Assembly (NCBI RefSeq): GCF_964355755.1
Contig: NC_092678.1
Location: 13,266,352-13,330,351, forward strand
DNA length: 64,000 nt
Direction of reading: 5' to 3'
From: Antedon mediterranea
Lineage: Eukaryota > Animalia > Echinodermata
Below the pieces are notes generated by a model that did no database searches, was not told the origin of the DNA, and saw only the letters and a program-made list of their open reading frames with translations. Made by a program: the position numbers and the translations under genes. Numbering within the stretch: position 1 is the stretch's first letter; the number at the start of each line of letters is the position of its first letter. This document shows positions 24,794 through 37,863 of the stretch, piece by piece.

Positions 24794-26109
24794 CCTAGAA
24801 GGCTAGTAGTAGAAGGACTATGGCCTAGTAGTCTAGGCCTGCCTACTATAGCTAACAATGCCTAGCTAGTAAAGACCTAGCCTATAGGCCTGCTAGGTAG
24901 GCAAGAGGTAGGCCTAGCCTAGCTAGCTTAGTAGTTAGTGGGCATAAGCCTAGAGGTCTTTGGTTAGTTTAGTAGGCTCCTTGACCTTGATTGAGAGCTA
25001 GCCTATATAAGCCTAGCCCTATTTAGGCCCAGGGCTTTAGGCCTACTGGCCACTAGGCTTAGGCCTAGCTAGCCTAGCCTAGGTTTAGGTCTAGGCCCGG
25101 GCCCTACTTCTACTATACTACACAGGCTAGGCCTCTAGGCCTAGTATAGCCTAGCTAGGCTAGTAGTAGTAGTTACTCCCGTTACTAGTAGGCTAGCTGT
25201 TTCATTCTTTTCTTTTAATAACGGAATTGGGTTTTTATTTATAGGCGCGAGGTCTAGCCTAAATATTGTATTGTTATACATACCTACCACCCTTAGTGAT
25301 TTAGTATAGTCCGGCCGCGCCTAGGCCTAGTTATTATATAATTTAGTAGACGACCGACAACAGTGTTTCGCCGTCGCTTTTCAATATAATCAAAACTCCC
25401 AAAACGCCAATGCTATAACGATAAAAAGGAAATAAATATACCATCGGCGGCCGGCCGCCGGTCAGATAGCCATTTTCCATGGTATACCCCTCTCGAGAAA
25501 TGGTATGGTCTTCACGCTTGATTAGAGATCTCTAACCAAGCGTTACAAGTATACATTCATTGTTACAACTACATTTTAAAAGTGTACAACTACATTTTAA
25601 AAGTGTACAACTACATTTTACAAATGTACAACTACGTTTTACAATTACAAACATGCATTTTACAAATACACACACATTTTTAGGTTTACAAATACATTTT
25701 GCAATTACACACACACACATTTTAAATGTACACATACATTTTTCAGCTACACACTTTTGCTGCTTATGGCGCCCCATATATATAGACATTATTAACTTTT
25801 ACTTAAAGATGTATTGTCCCTTTGACTAATTCCAAAAAAATAAAAAATAACAGATTTCGAAAAAAAATGGGTCAATTTGAAGTATCATAATAGTAATTTA
25901 ACTTTCAATAAAAAATTAGTCGAAAAAAAAAATCATTCAACTGAATTACAAACGGTTTTTTGTTAAAAAAATAACTGTGACTTCCAGTCAAAGTTTTCGA
26001 TCAAAACATATCCCATAATGCAACGCGCTTGCTAATGAATTATGCATACGACTCCTTTTTTGGCTTGTTTATTTCTGTACGTACCGCAAGAGAACACCCC
26101 AGCAAACAA

Positions 26110-27260
26110 TATAACGTTTGCAGAACGTTATATGAATGTTTCCATGACGTTATATGAATGTTATAAGATAATGTTAGGATGACGTGAAAGTGTGGACCCT
26201 TTTTTTTTTTAATCGAACGTTATAACTAACGTTAGTTTTAACATTTAAGAAACGTTTGTATAACGTTATTTCTGACATTAAAAGCAACCTTTAAAAAACG
26301 TTACTTGAATGTTTTGTTTGAACGTAATTTGAACGGTATAAAAATAACGTTAGGGTAACGTAAAAGTGTGGACCCTTTTTCTGGTTAATCGAATGTTATA
26401 ACTAACGTTGGTTTTAACATTCAATTAACATTGTTAGAATGTTATTTATTACATTAAAACTAACTGTTAAAAAACGTTATATGAATGTTTTTCTGAAACG
26501 TTATGTGAATAATGTAAAAATAACGTTAAGATGACGTTAAAATGTGGACCCTTTTTTTGGTTAATTGAACGTTAGAGCTAACGTTAGCTTTAACATTCGC
26601 TTAACATTTTTTAGAAAGTTATATATTACATTACAAATAACTGTTAAAAAACGTTATATGAATGTTTTTTTCTGAAACATTTCGTGAATAATGTAAAAAT
26701 AACGTTAAGATAACGTTAAAATGTGGACCCTTTTTTTGGTTAATTGAACGTTAGAACTAACGTTAGCTTTAACATTCGCTTAACATTTTTAGAAAGTTAT
26801 ATATTACATTACAAATAACTGTTAAATAACGTTATATAAATGTTTTGTTGAAACGTTATGTGAGTAATGTAAAAAAAACGTTAGGATGACGTTAAAATGT
26901 GGATCATTGTTTTAGTTAATTGAACGTTATAGCGAACGTTAGCTTTAACATTTAAATAACGTTTGTGTAACGTTACCTTTGAAATTAAAAATAACCTTTA
27001 AAAAACCTTACTTGAATGTTTTGTTTATACATTATTTGAATGGTTTAAAATATCGTTAAGATGACGTGAAAACGTGGAACTATTTTGGGTTGGCCGAACG
27101 TTATAACTAATGTTTGTTTAACATTCAAACAAGGTTTTTAGAACGTTATATCATTTAGTTGAATGTTTTGTTGAACGTTATTAAATAAGATAGAATAACG
27201 TTAGGTTAACGTGAAATGGGGACCTTTTTTGTTTGGTATAGCATTTAAATAACGTTTTTA
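26110..27260. repeat. Left subterminal array, ~177-bp unit, ~6.5 copies
   Basis: Marker gtggaccc recurs near 26192, 26368, 26544, 26723, 26898, 27074; dense AACGTT. Confidence 0.92.
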
Positions 27261-27681
27261 GAGCGTAATTTACTTTAAAAGATTACTGGTGTTCTGAACA
27301 TATTAATTAGTCCAAGTTAAATGTTTGTTTTATTTTTCACACATTTGTTGGATTAAACGGACAACGCACACAATTCAAATTACCATCATTATCATTGAAA
27401 TAAAATACTTTATTATGGTTTTAATAATATTTAATTATTTTACAAATAACAATACTGTAGGCTTTAAGAAAGAGTACGGCTGAGTGGGTCGGTCTAGATA
27501 TACAGTATTAGTTAAAAATTAAAATATAGGCCTAGAGGTGCAATTTATAATACAGTGTAAAAAAGATAATAAATTATAAAGATAGAGCTCGTTGGCGGCG
27601 TCTTTTTTTATTTTAGAGTTAATTGTATGGTTTCGTGTCATAGCCTCATCACTACAGTACACGTCACCAGTACAGTATGCA

Positions 27682-30600
27682 TTATATGTCTAGGCCTAGG
27701 CCTACAAGGTCTTCTGTTGTATCGTCATCATCCTCCTCCATTGAATCGTCAATGGTTACAGCCTGTGGAGTTAAAAAGTCATTGTTTAAAATAATCATCC
27801 TTATTTTTAATTAAGTAGACGTATCTTCTATGGTTTTTTTAGGGCGTTAGCGCACTTTCGCACCTCACGGTCTAACCCAATTAAAAACATTCACCCGCTG
27901 CTCGGCGGTTACAACTTATGGTGGTTGAACAGCAGAGCCATATAGGCCTAGGCCTATATATAATTCATTCATTCTTTATTTAGCCTTTAAAATTGAAATA
28001 CATTTAAAACAAGGTAACAAAAACAAGACAGGTGGAAATCTAAGGAGGCAAGGATAAGCAAAAGCAATTAAAATCGCTGTAGCTCACAGACAGGCTTGCT
28101 TATCCATCCTTAGACATCCAATCCAGTACATAAATATAGAAACTGAACTGGTTATAACTTTTGTTTATAGATTTTTTTTTTACAGTTACTTGTAATTTAC
28201 ATACCACCTCTACCATTTACTACAGTTACTTTATTTACATATTACAGATGTATGTGATTTAATTCCTAGTTTACTGGCAGCCATTTTGGATTTTTCCCAA
28301 CGAGTGACCTATACTTTATGTATCATGTCTAAAATATGTTTAATGACCATAATTAGGCCTACTCCATGTTTTCCTACTTTGTTTAATACCTATATGCGAT
28401 TTCTGCAACCAGAATGATATTCCAGTTTAGGCTACTGGCAGCCATGTTGGATTTTGGCTACCATCTTAACAAATGACCCATGTCATGCAACATGTCTAAA
28501 ATATGTTTCAATGACCATGAATACTTATGTTTTGATAGTTCATTTGCCTATATGACTTCTGCAACAAATGAAATGTGATTTTCCAATTTATTTGTGGCCA
28601 TTTTGGATTTTGGCCGCCATCTTGAAAAATAAATTACGACCAGAGTGGCTCCTAGGAAAAAATCAATTAGTAGGTCCCAACGAAGCTCCATTTGGCGCTT
28701 TTGTATTGTCCACCGTGTAACGATTTCCTAATTTTGTTGTTGTTAAGCCACCTGACTATATGCCCAGCGATCTTGGATGGTAACTGGCTAGATAGAGGTT
28801 CGAAAGTGCACAGCGCCTTTTTTAGTTGGTTCACTTAACATTTGGACATGGTATAATGTATCAACAACATTGCTTTGGGATAGCTTAATGCATAACTATT
28901 TTATAGTGGTGTGGTACGGTTATGATAGCTTGTCATGTCAATTTATATAACCTGAATTACTTTTGAGTATTAATATTTATAGTACAACTACTAGCCTAGG
29001 CCTAGTACAACAAGGTTTGAAGCAATTGACCATTTTTGTTGTTCCATCTTTCTATGTTCCAAGTCCTGTTTGTTTGTCTATGATTAAACAATGACTATTT
29101 TAGTTAAATACTTCAGACTATTGAATTTCATATCCTAGATTGAAATAAATCTGTCTACTTGAAAATAGTTTAATTGCTATTCTTACCTTCATCTTTGTAC
29201 CTCCTGGACGATGAGGAGCGTATTTCAAAAATTCTCCAATTTCTGTCTCGATTATGCTCTCCTTCGATTTTTCGTGAACCCGGAGACACGACCCTGCACA
29301 TTAAACAAGAAAATATTTCAAAATTATACTTAGATGATTAACTATACAACAGCTAATGAAACAGGTAGTGCACTGCTTCAGGCTATAAAGACACATTAAC
29401 TGTGTTTTTTGTATATAATAATGTACAAAAATAACAGTGAGTATGTATAAAATACGCTAGGCTATGTGTGTGCTCCATGTACTGTATTCTGATTGCACCC
29501 AACATGCATGTTGCGTTGTGGGGAATATCCCTGACGAATAAGAAATAGATTTTCGCTTTTACAAAAAAATTTGAGCGATTAGGTGAAATCTTTTTTTTTA
29601 CAGCAGTAGCAGAATTTTATTTTTTTATGTTTTTTAAAAATAATAATAATAATTTAGGTATTTGTATAGCGCCAGAATCAACTAAACCGAAGTAAAAATC
29701 AAAGGCGCTTATATTGGATGTTAAAAAGATGCGTTTTAAGTTCTTTTTTTTAAATAGCAATAGAAGTTGATTTAGTAAAATGACGAGGGAGAGAATTCCA
29801 AAGAGAAGCAGCAGAGAACAATATATATTTAATTAATATGCATAAATTTTACAAAGCATAAAAAAATTGGAGATACATTAATATTCTAAAAGAAAGCCAT
29901 GAGTGTACAGTGATACATACTTTCAGCCTTGCATTTAGACAGTACAATGAAAATGAATAGTTTTAGTTTTTTGGAAATAAATATAATGATACTTACTTAT
30001 AATTACTCTGGAAAGAATAAGCTTTTTAAAGCTTTGCTTTCCCTTCCTTCCCTTCATGCTATAGGAAGACCATAGTTTGTTTGATCCGATCTTCCTAAGC
30101 ATAATTTTAATGGATGCCTTTACTGTAGGCCCACCAAGAACACTCAGATACTTGATCTAGAACAAAAAATAACAATAATTAATTAATAATTTTTTTCTAA
30201 AAACAATATCATTAGCATATCATCAAAGATGCTGTAGTTGAGTTGGTGTGACTACACAGCTTCAAGGCCTCCTACTAAATATGAAGCTTTTATACTTTGT
30301 ACTGTGCATGGTACACTTTTAAAAAGCTACTGTAAACTATAATCACAAGAATAACAATAACATACTATGTTCTTTCTGAAGTCTGTTCCTTTTAGCTTTT
30401 CTTCTAGGTCATCAATTTCGTCTTTTGTATCTAAGGGCTGCAGGAACATGTCCTCCATATCGAAATCCAATGGTTGGTGATTTGCAGCTTGCCGCTGCAA
30501 GAATGAAAGCTGTTCTTTTTGATTTTCTATAATCGTGTCCAACTTCATTAGAACATTTTTTTTGAAAGCTGACAAAATAGAACATAAAATGTATGTTGAT

Positions 30601-32199
30601 TTATGTTGTTTTTAAATTACTGTATAATAAACATTGCAAGTAGCTGGCAGTAGTAGAAAAATTTTGCATTGATGGTACAGTATTATTAGGAATGAAAAAT
30701 TGTTTTGAATTTTACAACAACCTTAGTTACGCTTTAACAGCATGTACTATATGTTCATGTGCTAGCCAAGTTTAAAAAATTGAATGTCCATCCCATTTTA
30801 GATAATGGCAAGAAAAACTTTAGCAATAGGTGATTCGCCTGGTATGAATGACCAAATAAAAAAAAATGTAGAAAATATTAACAAAATATCTTTTCTGAAC
30901 TTTTCTGAGGATTAAAATTCTTGTTTTTATGTATGAATGTTATTTTTTTATTGTACTTACTTTCATCGGTGCTCTGGGTGATTGACGTTATTGTTGCAAT
31001 ACGTCGTGATGTAGATGGTGTTGTTAGATTTGGTGACCCCACCATCTCATCAAAGTTTTTTCTTCCAGCACGTGGTGTACTTATTGATTGTGGTGGTTCG
31101 GGAAGCTTAGGAAGGTCCATTACCTTTTCTGCATTTGATTTCTTTTTCTTTGCTGAACCAATGCTTTCTGTAAGTGAAATAAAACGAAGTGTTAGGCTTC
31201 CAAAAATTGAACTAAATATATTCATCCATAATTTTGGTTTGTAGGGATTCATTCAAATCAGCCATTTGACCACTGTAGGTATTGAAGGTGTGCTGGTTTG
31301 TGTTGCTAATATAGGTCATAAAAAAATTACAAAAAATTGTATGTCATTAACAACATGTATACCTTCGCTCTCTGCTTCATAGTCTGAATCATCAGCAAGG
31401 CGCTTTGGTACTCTTGATACCCGCCTTCCCAACTCTTCATCTGAGTCATTACTTTCAACAACAGAGTCATTCTTCGCCTGATCTCTGTACTCCTTTGCCT
31501 TCTCATATAATTCTGTAAATGTAGTCATTTTTTCAATCAATCATAGCTTTATAAAACTGTATTTTAGTTAGTTTGGTGGTTTAAGGAATAATGAATTTAA
31601 GTTCAATTTTAGATTATATATTTTCACTAGGCTATTTAATAGACTAGTAATAACATTGTTTAATTTTTCCTTTCAAAATGGGAGAAAATAATGCAATTTT
31701 GCTCAAGCACTGTTAGTGTTACTTTAGATAAAGATTAATTTTTAGCATAATTTAAGAATGGACTTAACATAACATAACATAAAATAAATCTTTAATAATA
31801 TTAGTTATCATTTTGTAGTGATAAGATACTAAACTTAGTGCAAATAACATATTGATAACTTTGGATACATTAAAAGTGTTTGTGATTCAGAAATATTTTT
31901 TTCTTACCAGTGTATTTCACTATCCTTATAGGATACAAGGGCCATTTTGGGTCTGGAATTTCATGCCTTTTTGCCCTTGCAACAACGTTTTGCCTTGGCC
32001 AGTAGCAGTGTAATTTCTAAAAAACAAAAGTTAAAATGGTTATCTTTCTAGTTTTAATTGTTTTTTTCTTCATACAGTGGTACAATACAATAAGTGGCTA
32101 TAACAAAATACTTACCTCCTGTTTTTTTATTATCCATTTTTCTGAGACAATGTCCACTGCCTCTTCATCATCAAAAATTACTACGGCAAAGTTAGTCAT
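27682..32199 (-). CDS. EnSpm accessory gene (DUF4806-type), 8 coding exons, 366 aa, intact
   Basis: Exons 32199-32116, 32016-31908, 31512-31363, 31167-30961, 30568-30366, 30156-29997, 29293-29187, 27762-27682; all GT-AG and phase-consistent (1101 nt). MTNFAVVIFDDEEAVDIVSEKWI, CYWP, LSVLGGPTV, YSMKGRKGKQSF, FLKYAPHRPGG. Confidence 0.87.
29640..29818 (-). mobile_element. L2-like LINE 3' tail in an intron
   Basis: Minus strand AASLWNSLP...KELKTHLF-like coding end, aagcgcc/ggcgct stem, (ATT)n tail. Confidence 0.65.
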
Positions 32200-32911
32200 C
32201 TGTGGAAAGAAAATATTATTTTTATGTTTTTATTGTTTTAATTTAATACATATGTTATATGTCCAACAAATGGCAATGAAAAATTAATTTCTTAAATACT
32301 ATATTAGGTTGAGCATCGTATTGTAAGATTTACCTACTACAGTATAACCCTTTGTTACTAAAAAAAAAAAAAAAAACATAGCAATCCCCATTGGACCGAA
32401 ATAAAAGTGATTGAATCGTGTAGTGTACAACTCATTTGGTACAGTATGTCAGTAAAAAAATAGTATTTATTTTTGGAGCACAAAACATCATTTTTTTTGG
32501 TTAAAAATGGTTAATACAACCTGCAAACCTCTAAAAAACATTGCAAACCTCATGAAAACGAAATAATTTATTTTTGGAATTATACAAGCTTTTTTTTAAC
32601 ACAATTATTTCTAACCAAAAAATATGTTTTACTCCCAAAATAAGTAGGTAACAAAAAAACTGAAATACAACCAAGTGAGTCGTACACTAAATGATTCAAT
32701 CACTTTTATGGGAGTTGGGGTTTGCTATGTTTTTTTTAAGGTTTGCAGGTTTAACAATATACCACTTTTGACACCATTTACAGTAGAATCAATAAAGGTT
32801 AAAAAAAATCATTAACATCTACATCGTAGTGATCAAACATAGTATCATTCTAAAATAGTGATTATAATATTAAAAGTTTCAGTTACATTTTAAAATTATT
32901 GTAGATAGATT

Positions 32912-34951
32912 TTATAGCCTGTGTAGAATTCCCATGAAGATGGTTTCTTCCCCCACCATTACTTTGATTGCCTGTTGTTTTAATTCAGCTTTTGATACCA
33001 CTCTTATTGATGCATTGCAATTGCGAACTTTATGTACACCAATGAGGCGTGAGTTGCATGGATTGTCAAAGGCATCTTGAGTTCTTCTATAAACCCTGCA
33101 CAGATATTTTTCTTTATCCCAATGCACTTTTCCCACAACTTCTGCACACGAGTCATTTGATAGCAAAAATGCATTGTTTGGCTCAGCTGTTGAGATGTCA
33201 TCAGTACATGGAATATTAATTAAACCAGCCTTAGAAGTTTCAGCTAACCTCTTAGATATTTGAACTAGAGGATTTTTTCCAGAACGAACTAATTTTTTCA
33301 AGTGTTGTAAATAGTTTTCAAAGGGAAATGCTGAGCAGTTGTCAAGGCTTCCGAATGATTTTGCTTCATCAGCAAGGTGTACCATGCTGTGGACATTGTA
33401 CACTAAAAATTCATTGCCATACAGAACACGTCCCTGCTCATTGAAATATAACATCAAATTATGTGCATACTCTATATAGGTTGCAGCTAACCTTGGTGAA
33501 ACAAGAATACAGGTGGCAATGCTTAAAGTCATGAAATGGTCAAAATATTTTTGTTGGAGTGTGCCTTTTAAACATATTTTTCCCGTATATAAAAGAAACT
33601 GACGGAACTCTGTTGCCTTCCATCTTTCAACCTCTGCTAGGCTACGAGGTTTTCTAGCAAAACATTTGGGGATAGATTTTTGCAGTGACACCAACTTTGT
33701 GCTGACTATGTCTTTTTGTAATTGAGACATCCTTACTCCCACCTTTCCTTTTGTCCACAGATATATTAACTTCCTTGTGACTCCTAAACATGACTGGTGC
33801 ATGTAGTCAATTGGAAAACACTTAACCATATCTATTGGTAAATTGCAGAATGGTGATATTCGTTGCTCTTCCAATCCTACAGGACGAAGATGATGCTCCT
33901 GATTTGATTGCCTGCGGAAGACAGCATCAGATCTGCATTCAAAGGAACGTACATCTTGGTATGTGATTCGTCCACACCAAACTCCACTTTGGTTACACTT
34001 ATCGCAACCATAGTAACCAGAAAATGATTTGATTTCTTTAACAAAGGCTCTTGCTGGTGCATCACAGACAATGCATTTTATCTCTACTGGTATAGTTTTT
34101 TCAGCATTTTCTAACTGAACTGTGAATCCATTTGTCAGAACATCATTCAAATCTTGTACTATTTCATTAAGAAATTTCAAGTTTTTTGGTTTTGATGTAC
34201 CGTAAGTTAACACTACTGGAAATACATGGACAACACCCATATTCATTATAGCACATAGAACAGGCCATAGAGATTTGTTAGAACTTTTGTGAAGAGGAAT
34301 GCCATCTATGTTAAGAGATAATTCAATAGTTTGTACATTTTCTTGCATATCCTTTGGATATTTATGAAATGCACAAAGAAGTTGCTTCTTTAAACCAATG
34401 TAAATGTATTGCATATCAGATATTTCAGATGTTACTATATTTCTTGGTGTATTAAGTAATGTGCGAGCAGTTGCTGGTAAATTTGAATGGCCATTTCCCT
34501 GTAGTAATTTAAGTAATTCATCTGCAGCATTGTGTTTTATTTGATGTTTGTTTATCCAACTTGCTAAATCATCTACAAATTGATTATCCCTATCTTTTTC
34601 TAACTCATTTTCAAACTCAGAATCTGATGTTAATGGAATGTCATGGTCGCTGTAACCCATATGATTGTTTAAGTCATCGCTATTCTCTGAATCACTTCTG
34701 TGCTGAACATTTATGGGAAATTCAGGGGGTAAATCATTGACTACTGCTGTAAGATTTTGATCTAAAATTTGTTCTTCTTGTTCATGATTAAATTCATTTC
34801 TTTCAACATCATAGTGATGAGGGGGAAAATTATTGATGTTGCAGTTATCATCATCTGACGATGAACTAATTTCATTATGTTGTATTTTCTTTAAAGCACG
34901 GGTTGCTGCCATCCATTTTTTGTTGTACTCTGACTTTTTGTTGGTAGCCAT
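32912..34951 (-). CDS. CACTA/EnSpm DDE transposase, 679 aa, single intact coding exon
   Basis: LNIDGIPLHKSS, CDAPARAFVK, GYYGCDKC, PIDYMH, WKATEFRQFLLYTG, YNVHSMVHL, SAFPFENYL. Start placed at ATG 34951, directly behind a splice acceptor (ttacag|ATG); the ORF-track start at 35050 lies in a MITE. Confidence 0.93.
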   Translation of the reverse strand: MATNKKSEYNKKWMAATRALKKIQHNEISSSSDDDNCNINNFPPHHYDVERNEFNHEQEEQILDQNLTAVVNDLPPEFPINVQHRSDSENSDDLNNHMGYSDHDIPLTSDSEFENELEKDRDNQFVDDLASWINKHQIKHNAADELLKLLQGNGHSNLPATARTLLNTPRNIVTSEISDMQYIYIGLKKQLLCAFHKYPKDMQENVQTIELSLNIDGIPLHKSSNKSLWPVLCAIMNMGVVHVFPVVLTYGTSKPKNLKFLNEIVQDLNDVLTNGFTVQLENAEKTIPVEIKCIVCDAPARAFVKEIKSFSGYYGCDKCNQSGVWCGRITYQDVRSFECRSDAVFRRQSNQEHHLRPVGLEEQRISPFCNLPIDMVKCFPIDYMHQSCLGVTRKLIYLWTKGKVGVRMSQLQKDIVSTKLVSLQKSIPKCFARKPRSLAEVERWKATEFRQFLLYTGKICLKGTLQQKYFDHFMTLSIATCILVSPRLAATYIEYAHNLMLYFNEQGRVLYGNEFLVYNVHSMVHLADEAKSFGSLDNCSAFPFENYLQHLKKLVRSGKNPLVQISKRLAETSKAGLINIPCTDDISTAEPNNAFLLSNDSCAEVVGKVHWDKEKYLCRVYRRTQDAFDNPCNSRLIGVHKVRNCNASIRVVSKAELKQQAIKVMVGEETIFMGILHRL

Positions 34952-35008
34952 CTGTAATTTTTTTGACTGAAAGAATGAATTGTAAAAATTCTCAGTTTTT
35001 ATTCTTAT

Positions 35009-35621
35009 GGGTATTGCTAAACACCGCAAACCTCCAAAAAAACATAGCAAACCCTACCGAACCAACATAAAATCATGTAGTGTACAACCCACTGGGTATC
35101 AATGTAAATTAAATTTCTACTGTTAACAACTTATTTTTGGGGTAAAACATCATTTTTGGTCAAAAATGATTGCTAAACCCCGCAAACCTCCAAAAAACCA
35201 TAGCAAACCCCAACGAACCAACATAAAATTAATTGAATAATGTAGTGTACGACCCACTGGGTATATACATTATTAAATTTCTACTGTTAACTACTTTTTT
35301 GGGGATAAAACATCATTTTTTGGTTAAAAATTAGCAATCATTTTTGACCAAAAAATGATGTTTTACCCCAAAATAAGTAGTTAACAGTAGAAATTTAATA
35401 TTTTTTTAACATGGATATACCCAGTGGGTTGTACACCACATGATTCATTCACTTTTATGTTGGTTCGATGGGGTTTGCTATATTTTTTGGAGGTTTTGCA
35501 GGGTTTAGCAATCATTTTTGACCAAAAAATGATGTTTTACCCCAAAAATAATAAGATAACAGTAAAAATGTATTGTTTTTTTTACATGGATATACCCAGT
35601 GGGTTGTGTTTAGCAATACCC
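35009..35621. mobile_element. Palindromic MITE (GG termini, 8-bp TSD; Merlin-like)
   Basis: TIR GGGTATTGCTAAACAC/GTGTTTAGCAATACCC; TSD ATTCTTAT (35001-35008, 35622-35629). Older relatives at ~32370-32763 and ~36711-37685. Superfamily is an inference. Confidence 0.8.
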
Positions 35622-37863
35622 ATTCTTATTTGTTTCTGTACAGATTTTGATGTCCGAACAAAAAAAATTAGAATTTCAATTATTTTCAAATTCTTACAAT
35701 ATGTGGTGTGTGTACAAGCGATCGATAGAATAATGTTGTAGATACCGATGCTGTACCCACAATTTGAATTTCTTGCAATCGGAATTTTTAAACATTTTGT
35801 AACTTTGTTGAACAAGTAATCATTACTTATTTTGTGATTCTTTCCCATTAAATTAACAATCATAAAAATATCACCTATAATTCGTCAGAGTGATGATTTA
35901 ATTTTGAGTTTAATGCTAACATTTGTTTTTAAGAAATCATAAATTAAATCTAGGTATTTTAAGTTCAGTTTAGTTGTTTTTTAGATTATGTGTACGGTTA
36001 AATAATAAATAAGTCAGATTTTTCAAATTATGTAGGTTCATGTAGTAAAATACTTTGTATTTATTCCTTAATTGCGAAATAACATTTTCTTAAACCAAAA
36101 AACACCGAGGTCTATAATAATGAAGTTAATGTATTTATTTAACAAGTTTAAATGATAATCTATGCATGCAAACATGGTTTGTTAAGCGTAGCAAAATTTG
36201 CAAAGAATATAAAAAAAGAAAAAGATTAAAAGTAGAATAAATGTATAAATATAAAAATAAAAGTACTGCATAAAGTAAAGTAACAAGTTTTGGTAATCTG
36301 TCTCCCCCGTCTGTCTCAGAATAAATGTTTACATATGGACAAAACACTGCACAAACAATAACAGATTGTAGGCTATGTGTCACGAATGGGACAGCAATTA
36401 AACATGACTTTTCAGAAGGTCATTTATCCTCATTATAAAGGATACCTAATCTGTTTTATATAATGTTGCCAGATAGTTGTTTTATATAACTTACCTGTTT
36501 AAATTATAACATTTTATTATTATTTATTTATTTTTATTAAATATGATTTATAATGTCGTTGCGGACGAGACATTTTAACATCCAAATGGAACACTTTTGT
36601 CTAGGTTAAAAAATATTATAATTTTGCTATTAAAAGAATTGTTTTTGACACAGCGCAAACTTTTATTTACAATCATCAATATAATTCAACCATTGAAACA
36701 CTGATAAAATGGGTATTGTTAAATCCTTCAAACATCACAAAAAAACATATTTTTAAACCCCATTGAACCAAAATAAAAGTGATTGAATCATGTAGTGTAC
36801 AGTATGACTAAATTGATATGTCAGTCAAAACAAAAATTTGCTAAAAATTGTTAAATACAGTACTTATTTTTGGGGTAAAACATCATATTTTAGGTTAAAA
36901 ACAATCGGGTTAAAAAATGCTGTTTTACCCAAAAAATATGTTGTAACAACAAAACTTTCTTTTAAATTGACATACCAAGTGGTAGGAAGGTTGTACACTA
37001 CATCATATTCAATTCAAAATTCTTTAATCATCCCACACGGGGCAATTCAAATAAAAAGGTCTGGATTAAAATTATCTTACAAAATATCACAAAACACAGT
37101 ACAAAATAACAAGAGTCAAAGTAAAAAAATTTAAGAGTCAGATGGCCACTGCACTGGCAAAAACGAATTCCTTTTCCGGTTTGTTCTACATGCTGGGCAT
37201 CGAAAGCGACACCCATAAGGCATTAGCTCGAAATCACTGAACAAGGCATGGTTAACATTTTTTAGAATAGCTCTACTTTTTTCTAGAGTTTGCATGTCAC
37301 AAAAAGAAGATAAGCTACGAAGTTGACAACCTATTAATTTAGAACTTAAGTTAACAATTCTTTGTAGTGAGTTTTTCTCTTTGACCCTAACTAAGACTAA
37401 AAAACCAGCATAAAAGAGGAAAAAGTTAAAACGTTCTCAATAAAGGAATTATAAAAAACCCTAAGAATTCAATCAATCAATTCAATCATTTTTATTTGGT
37501 TTTCATGAGGTTTGCCATGTTTTTTTAAGGTTTGCAGGTTTATGAATTATTTTTAACCAAAAATTATGTTTTACTCCAAAAATAAATACTGTACTATTTT
37601 TTTACTGACATACCAAAGTTGTACACTACACAATTCAATCACTTTTATTTTAGTTCAATGGGAGTTTGCTATGTTTTTTAAACAGTAAATGTAAGTGTAT
37701 ATTTTTTTAAATAACTAATTAACAAACTAGCATTTATATATGTGATATTATACAGAATTCCCACTGGCAATATAAAAGCTGAAATGTAAACATCAATAGT
37801 ATCAAAACAAATGTAAATGGTATAAAACTCAAATTAAAACAAATGAAAAGAGCTATTCATTAC

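Larger units (their letters stand above)
13024..25778. mobile_element. IS3EU-type DNA transposon (two convergent genes, both decayed)
   Basis: Termini TATGGGGCGCC...GGCGCCCCATA, near-perfect ~285-bp TIRs, TATATA on both flanks (13018-13023, 25779-25784), internal rve-like DDE gene. Confidence 0.85.

Noticed and set aside
27840-28820. Weak inverted repeat ggcgttagcgcactttcgcacctc / gaggttcgaaagtgcacagcgcc
   Set aside because: Probably an old MITE in an intron, but no TSD could be established, so it was not called.
34952-35050. N-terminal 33 aa of the 712-aa ORF
   Set aside because: Starts at a non-ATG codon inside a MITE and crosses a splice acceptor; ATG 34951 is the better start.
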